A stretch of DNA of 64,000 bases from Chitinophagaceae bacterium. GTDB lineage: Bacteria; Bacteroidota; Bacteroidia; Chitinophagales; Chitinophagaceae. A program made the position numbers and the translations under genes. This document shows positions 58,774-64,000 of the stretch, piece after piece. How positions within the stretch are numbered: the first letter of the stretch is position 1; each line of letters begins with the position of its first letter. Below the pieces are notes generated by a model. The model saw only the letters and a program-made list of their open reading frames with translations. It was not told the DNA's origin and searched no databases. The stretch covers positions 7,237 to 71,236 of the forward strand of contig JAICZH010000001.1 in assembly GCA_025933775.1 (NCBI GenBank), written 5' to 3'.

Positions 58774-59616
58774 CTATAAAATATCTTTCAGCAAAAAAGT
58801 TTCATTACTGCGTATACCCCTGTCCGTTAGTTGCAGGTTGCAGCATTCAATCAGCGGGTCATGTTCAAAAAATAATATGTAATCGTTTTGTTGCGCTTCT
58901 CTCAGAAATTCTTTTTTTTCTGCAAGTGTTTCCAAAGGCCTTGTATCATAAGCCATTATGTAAGGAACGGGAATGTGCGCTACAGAAGGCAACAAATCTG
59001 CCATATAAACAATGGTTTTATTTTTATATTTTATTTGTGGCAGCATCATGGATTCGGTATGGCCGCTTACAAAACGCACTTGTATATTTTGTATAAATTC
59101 AATTCCTTGTTTTGTTTCAATAAATTTTAATTGGCCGCTTTCTTTTATGGGTAAAATATTTTCTTTTAAAAAACTTGCCTTCTCCCTTTCATTAGGGTGG
59201 GTAGCCCATTCCCAGTGTTTTTCATTGCTCCAATAAGTTGCGTTTTTAAAAGCGGGTACTAATTTATCGTTTATTTTTTCTATTGAGCCACCGCAATGAT
59301 CAAAATGAAGATGGGTTAAAAAAACATCCGTAATATCATCTTTTGTAAACCCATATTTTGATAAAGATTTTTCGAGCGTATCATTTCCATGCAAATAATA
59401 ATAACCAAAAAATTTTTCGCCCTGCTTATTGCCCATTCCATTATCAATAAGAATAAGATGATTATTATCTTCAATCAACAAACAGCGCATTGCCCAACTA
59501 CACATATTATTTTCATCAGGTGGATTGAGTTTTGCCCAGATACTTTTTGGCACTACGCCAAACATGGCGCCACCATCCAGTTTGAAATGTCCTGCATTTA
59601 TGGAATATAATTTCAT
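58774..59616 (-). CDS. MBL-fold metallo-hydrolase
   Basis: LDGGAMFGVVPK, THLHFDHCGG, GHT, FEHD. Confidence 0.93.
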   Translation of the reverse strand: MKLYSINAGHFKLDGGAMFGVVPKSIWAKLNPPDENNMCSWAMRCLLIEDNNHLILIDNGMGNKQGEKFFGYYYLHGNDTLEKSLSKYGFTKDDITDVFLTHLHFDHCGGSIEKINDKLVPAFKNATYWSNEKHWEWATHPNEREKASFLKENILPIKESGQLKFIETKQGIEFIQNIQVRFVSGHTESMMLPQIKYKNKTIVYMADLLPSVAHIPVPYIMAYDTRPLETLAEKKEFLREAQQNDYILFFEHDPLIECCNLQLTDRGIRSNETFLLKDIL

Positions 59617-59695
59617 CTACAATATTTTTAAGCAAAGATATATAAGATAAAAAGCAGTGAAGGAAAGGGTTTTGTTGATCCGGAAATTTTATTTT

Positions 59696-61042
59696 TTATT
59701 CTGCTACATTAATATCATTGGATAATCCAAGTTGTTTTTCTTTCGCTAAAGCAAAATATAAAATAATAAAACCCACAATAAAAAAACACATCACTACTAA
59801 TACAGAATTTTTCATACTTCCGGTAAGTTCTTCTATTAATCCGAAACTAAACATGCCAATTACAATTCCTATTTTTTCGGTAACGTCATAAAAGCTGAAG
59901 AATGATGTAGTATCTTTTGTAACGGGCATCAGCTTTGAATAACTGGATCTGCTAAGCGATTGTATGCCGCCCATCACAAGGCCAACCACTGCAGCCAAAA
60001 TATAAAAATACATCTCTGCATTGGCGCCGCTTTCGCTGATGTTGGCAATTTCATAAGCGCCGATGCAAATCAATATCCAGATGATTACTACGCTTAATAA
60101 AGTTTGAAAATTTCCAAACTTTTCAGAAAGCTTTGCCATCATGTGAGCGCCGGCAATAGCCACAATTTGTATAATCAAAATGGTAATGATTAATTTTTCA
60201 GTAGGCAATTTTAATTGCTTGCTTCCAAATAAAGCTGCCACAAGCATAATCGTTTGCACACCCATATTGTAAAAGAAAAATGCTAATAAAAATCTTTTCA
60301 GTATTAATAAAGTTTTCAGTTGATTAAAAACTTTTTTAAGTTCAATAAACCCATTTATAAAAATATTATTCTCCGGCCTGAAGGCTGCCGGCGTGCCTTT
60401 CGGCATTCTGTTTAAAGTTATTTGCGCAAAGCCAAACCACCAGGCGCCCACCAGTAAAAAAGAAAAACGTGCAGGCATTGTTGCGTCGTTTTGCATACCA
60501 AACCAATCGGGCTTAAAAACAAAAACAAAACATACTAATTGTAAAATAACACTACCCACATATCCTCTTGCAAAACCTTTGGCGCTTACACGGTCTCTGT
60601 CTTCGGGCGCTGCTATTTCCGGCAAATAAGAATTATAAAAAACAAGGCTGTTCCAAAAACCAATACATGCAATCATGCTGCAAACAATAGCCACCCAAAG
60701 GTTTCCGCTTCCTTTAAAAAAGAAAAGCAAGCTGCATGAAACACTGCCCAAAAAACAGAAGAAACGAAGGAAACTTTTTTTGTTTCCTTTGTAATCTGCA
60801 ATGGATGAAAGCACGGGGGACATGATAGCTACAATAAGAAATGCAATGCCTAAAGCATAATTATATAAAGCCGTATTTACAAAATGCCGTCCCAAAAAAG
60901 TTACTTCATTATTGGTATTATTTTTTGTTACAGTTTCATAATAAGCCGGAAAAATAGTGGAAGTAATTACGAGACTATACACCGAATTGGCCCAGTCGTA
61001 CATCGCCCATCCGTTTATAATTTTTTTGGAAGCAGTTTGCAT
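59696..61042 (-). CDS. MFS transporter (BtlA/YxiO-like)
   Basis: GWAMYDWANS, FYNSYLPEIA, GGIQSLSRS. Confidence 0.9.
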   Translation of the reverse strand: MQTASKKIINGWAMYDWANSVYSLVITSTIFPAYYETVTKNNTNNEVTFLGRHFVNTALYNYALGIAFLIVAIMSPVLSSIADYKGNKKSFLRFFCFLGSVSCSLLFFFKGSGNLWVAIVCSMIACIGFWNSLVFYNSYLPEIAAPEDRDRVSAKGFARGYVGSVILQLVCFVFVFKPDWFGMQNDATMPARFSFLLVGAWWFGFAQITLNRMPKGTPAAFRPENNIFINGFIELKKVFNQLKTLLILKRFLLAFFFYNMGVQTIMLVAALFGSKQLKLPTEKLIITILIIQIVAIAGAHMMAKLSEKFGNFQTLLSVVIIWILICIGAYEIANISESGANAEMYFYILAAVVGLVMGGIQSLSRSSYSKLMPVTKDTTSFFSFYDVTEKIGIVIGMFSFGLIEELTGSMKNSVLVVMCFFIVGFIILYFALAKEKQLGLSNDINVAE

Positions 61043-61104
61043 TTGTAAATAAATGATTGCTCAAATTAGCAAAATATCGGTAAGAAAAAGAAATCATTTT
61101 TTGT

Positions 61105-61130
61105 GAAAAGCGTTTATGCGTTACCGTTAT
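61105..61130 (-). repeat. Dispersed gene-end motif, copy F (ATAACGGTAACGCATAAACGCTTTTC)
   Basis: The TAA of the motif is the uppP stop codon; consensus match. Confidence 0.75.
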
Positions 61131-61921
61131 CTATTTAAAAACCCGGTATAAATCATGATGAGCAATGCGATGCCAACAATCGTTCTATAAATTCCCCAAA
61201 TGCGGAAACCATGTTTTTTTAGCATATTGATAAAAAATTTAATAGCTAATAGCGCAACAACAAATGCAACTATATTTCCAATGGTAAGAATTTTTATTTG
61301 CTCTGAAGTAAAGCTGCCGTTTTCTTTCATGTAAGAAAAAATTTTGTATCCCGTTGCTGCCAGCATGGTTGGCACTGCCAAAAAAAATGAAAATTCCGCA
61401 GCGGCGCTCCTGGTAAGCTTTTGCTGCATTCCGCCAATAATGGAAGAAGCGCTGCGGCTTGCTCCCGGTATCATAGCAAGGCATTGCCATATTCCTATTA
61501 TAAAACCTTTTGTATAGGATACTTCTTTTTCATTGTGCACGACTGGTCTTTTAAAAATATTGTCAACAAATAAAAGAACTATGCCCCCTGCAAGCATAGC
61601 TACTGCGACTACAATTGAACTTTTAAGTAACGTATCAATTTGCTTAGAGAATATTAAACCCAGAATTAATGCAGGAATAACAGCCACTATAAGTTTTACA
61701 TAAAATTGCCAGCGCGAAAAATCTAAAAATTTTCTCCAATATAAAACTACTACCGATAAGATGGCGCCCAATTGCACAGCCACCGTAAACACGCTATTAA
61801 AAGCATCATCTTTTACATTTAATAATTTTTCTGCAATAATCATGTGGCCGGTAGAAGAAATGGGAATAAATTCTGTAATGCCTTCTACGATACCCATGAT
61901 GATGGATTGAAATACGGTCAT
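61127..61921 (-). CDS. uppP: Undecaprenyl-diphosphate phosphatase
   Basis: GIVEGITEFIPISSTGH, QLGAILSV, PGASRS, AEFSFFLAVPT. Confidence 0.96.
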   Translation of the reverse strand: MTVFQSIIMGIVEGITEFIPISSTGHMIIAEKLLNVKDDAFNSVFTVAVQLGAILSVVVLYWRKFLDFSRWQFYVKLIVAVIPALILGLIFSKQIDTLLKSSIVVAVAMLAGGIVLLFVDNIFKRPVVHNEKEVSYTKGFIIGIWQCLAMIPGASRSASSIIGGMQQKLTRSAAAEFSFFLAVPTMLAATGYKIFSYMKENGSFTSEQIKILTIGNIVAFVVALLAIKFFINMLKKHGFRIWGIYRTIVGIALLIMIYTGFLNR

Positions 61922-62052
61922 TTATAATGGTTAAAAAAATTTGGCAAACCTACAAAGTGAATCTGATGAGAATTTGAAGATTGAAAAAACCCGATTGAAT
62001 GTAAGTCATCGCATGGTACAACTTAAAAATATGTGTATTATTTTATAATTAA

Positions 62053-62343
62053 TTATTTTGGGTTTTTCATTATAGCAAAAATTTCAACTATAAATCCTGC
62101 AACAATTAATATAGGAGCAATGGTTATACGCACGGGACTGTAAATGGCTTTATCATTAAATACATTGGGATCGGCGCTTTTGCCGCCAGCCATTAAAAAA
62201 AATCCAAGCGCCAATATTATTATTCCTATCAGCATCCATTTATAATTCTCTTTGGTAAAGAGCACATTTCCCGCTGATGAATTCTGCACAGGCGCAGTTT
62301 TTACAGGACGATTTGTTTTTTTGATTGGTTGTGGTGTTGCCAT
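62053..62343 (-). CDS. DUF3098 membrane protein
   Basis: KENYKWMLIG, GGKSADPNVFN, RITIAPIL; usual neighbour of ftsX and uppP. Confidence 0.85.
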   Translation of the reverse strand: MATPQPIKKTNRPVKTAPVQNSSAGNVLFTKENYKWMLIGIIILALGFFLMAGGKSADPNVFNDKAIYSPVRITIAPILIVAGFIVEIFAIMKNPK

Positions 62344-62392
62344 TTCTAAATTTAAGTTTACAAAATTACTGTATAAAAAAAATAATATTGAA

Positions 62393-63271
62393 TTAATACA
62401 AATCGTCCAGTTTCATTTTTAAATATTTTACTACGGAGCGATGCGTGCTGAAAAGCGTGATGAATAACCCAAGAACAATAATGCCTGTAAAAATCAGCAA
62501 CATATTTTCGGTATCGTGAAGTACGCGCAAATAAGGTATAAATTTTTCGGAAAGCTCAATAAATGCAAGCATTAGGCCAATAGCAATGCCCGATGCTATT
62601 AAACCATTTACAATAGCGCGCCCATCCAAAGGCCGGGCTATAAAGCCTCTTGTAGCGCCCACCATTTGCATCGTTTTAATTAAAAAACGATTGCTGTACA
62701 TAGCCAGCCGTATGGTATTATCAATAGAAATAATTACCAGCAACGATAAAATGATGGCAACAATAAGTAACACGAGCGTTGTATTTTTTACAAACTGGCT
62801 TACGCTCGCAACCGTTTCTTTAGGGGTTTGAAATTCTGAAACGGTTGTTGGAAAATTGGTAAGCAAATAATTTTCAATATTGGCAAGGCTGTCTTTTTCA
62901 ATATAATTTGCTTTTACATAAAAATCTATACTTTCAGGCAAAGGATTATTTATTGCCAGTTTTTTCCAAAGCGTATCATTCTCTTTATTATATTTTTCAA
63001 TTGCCTTTTCCCGTGTAATGTATTCAACGTTTACAGCATAAGGCAATCCTTCAATATAATTTTTTACAGAATCAATTTGTTTGGCATTTGCTGTACGATA
63101 CAGGTACGCATGGAGTTGAATATTTTCTTTAAAATAATCGCCGGTTTTTTTTATGTTTAAAAAAATCCAGCCTACTACTCCAAATAAAAATAACACCATT
63201 GAAACGCCAATGATTGCATACACATAAGATGGCTTTCCTCTTTTAGCAGATCCTTTACCTACTTGCGACAT
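62393..63271 (-). CDS. ftsX: Cell division permease FtsX
   Basis: NPLP, IDNTIRLAMYSNRFLIKTMQMVGAT. Confidence 0.93.
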   Translation of the reverse strand: MSQVGKGSAKRGKPSYVYAIIGVSMVLFLFGVVGWIFLNIKKTGDYFKENIQLHAYLYRTANAKQIDSVKNYIEGLPYAVNVEYITREKAIEKYNKENDTLWKKLAINNPLPESIDFYVKANYIEKDSLANIENYLLTNFPTTVSEFQTPKETVASVSQFVKNTTLVLLIVAIILSLLVIISIDNTIRLAMYSNRFLIKTMQMVGATRGFIARPLDGRAIVNGLIASGIAIGLMLAFIELSEKFIPYLRVLHDTENMLLIFTGIIVLGLFITLFSTHRSVVKYLKMKLDDLY

Positions 63272-63539
63272 AAGATATTTGATAATTTAATTGAATGATC
63301 TTATAAATAGCAGCTGCAAATTAAATGTTTTTAAACAGTTTAGTATTTTTGCAGATTACAATGCTAATGTAATTTACATCCGGCATTAGCTATAACAATC
63401 ATTTAATGAATAACATTTCTTTCACAAAAATTAATCGCAGCATATAAATTCTTTTAAAACATTTGTTTTAGAAAAAAATAAAATAATGAATGAAAATTTG
63501 TGTGCATGATAAAAAAAATTAAGATCATCGTTTTTAAAA

Positions 63540-64000
63540 ATGGAATATAATTTCAGAGAGATAGAAAAAAAATGGCAAGAGAAATGGAAAGAATCCGGTG
63601 TATATAAAGTAAGCAATACATCGGATAAGCCAAAGTTTTATGTACTGGATATGTTTCCGTATCCCAGCGGCGCTGGATTACATGTAGGCCATCCGTTAGG
63701 TTATATTGCGAGCGATATTTATGCTCGTTATAAAAGACTGAAAGGCTTTAACGTGCTGCATCCTATGGGTTATGACAGCTTTGGCTTGCCTGCTGAACAA
63801 TATGCTTTGGAAACGGGGCAACATCCTGCAGTTACTACTGAAAAAAATATTGAAACTTTCAGGGAGCAGTTAGATAATATCGGTTTTTGTTTCGACTGGA
63901 GCCGGGAAATAAGAACGAGCGATCCAAATTATTATAAATGGACACAATGGATATTTCTTCAAATATTTAATAGCTGGTACGATGTGAATCAAAACAAAGC
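63540..64000 (+). CDS. leuS: Leucine--tRNA ligase, 3' truncated by window edge
   Basis: [48 protein letters not shown]; missing from the ORF track because it runs off the end. Confidence 0.97.
   Translation, partial: MEYNFREIEKKWQEKWKESGVYKVSNTSDKPKFYVLDMFPYPSGAGLHVGHPLGYIASDIYARYKRLKGFNVLHPMGYDSFGLPAEQYALETGQHPAVTTEKNIETFREQLDNIGFCFDWSREIRTSDPNYYKWTQWIFLQIFNSWYDVNQNK

Noticed and set aside
10004-61130. The six-copy motif as a CRISPR repeat
   Set aside because: Copies are kilobases apart, on both strands, with no spacers and no cas genes.
63272-63539. T-box leader before leuS
   Set aside because: No T-box consensus or antiterminator is visible.

Overview
64 kb of mostly core chromosome from an AT-rich Bacteroidota bacterium. 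Chitinophagaceae is the most likely family; this is inferred from gene content, gene order and TAnnTTTG -7 promoter boxes. The window contains the 3' part of an alternative complex III operon (actC partial, actD-F) joined to an aa3-type oxidase cluster (coxB, coxA, heme O synthase, two subunit III genes, subunit IV, SCO, DUF420). It also carries two LytS/LytTR systems, a TPR-histidine kinase/LuxR accessory block, a PcrB/GGGP synthase, two rhomboids, thiL, an acyl-CoA dehydrogenase with MarR, a umuDC-like pair, a helicase-nuclease, recR, pdxA, frr, mscL, scpA, dxs, a tricorn-like S41 protease, uppP, ftsX and the start of leuS. No integrase, transposase, prophage, rRNA or CRISPR array was seen. 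The most notable observations are: (1) a 170-nt tRNA-shaped gene with an Asp (GUC) anticodon and a 98-nt structured variable arm; (2) a non-palindromic ~20-26 bp motif in six copies at gene ends, two of which bracket the accessory block; (3) GC-rich REP-like palindromes, some translated inside genes, including a pair that appears to have split the umuD/umuC junction and left a 15-codon bridging ORF; (4) UmuD and rhomboid homologs with both catalytic residues substituted; (5) a 44-aa lipoprotein missing from the ORF track. All calls come from reading the sequence; no database search was run.
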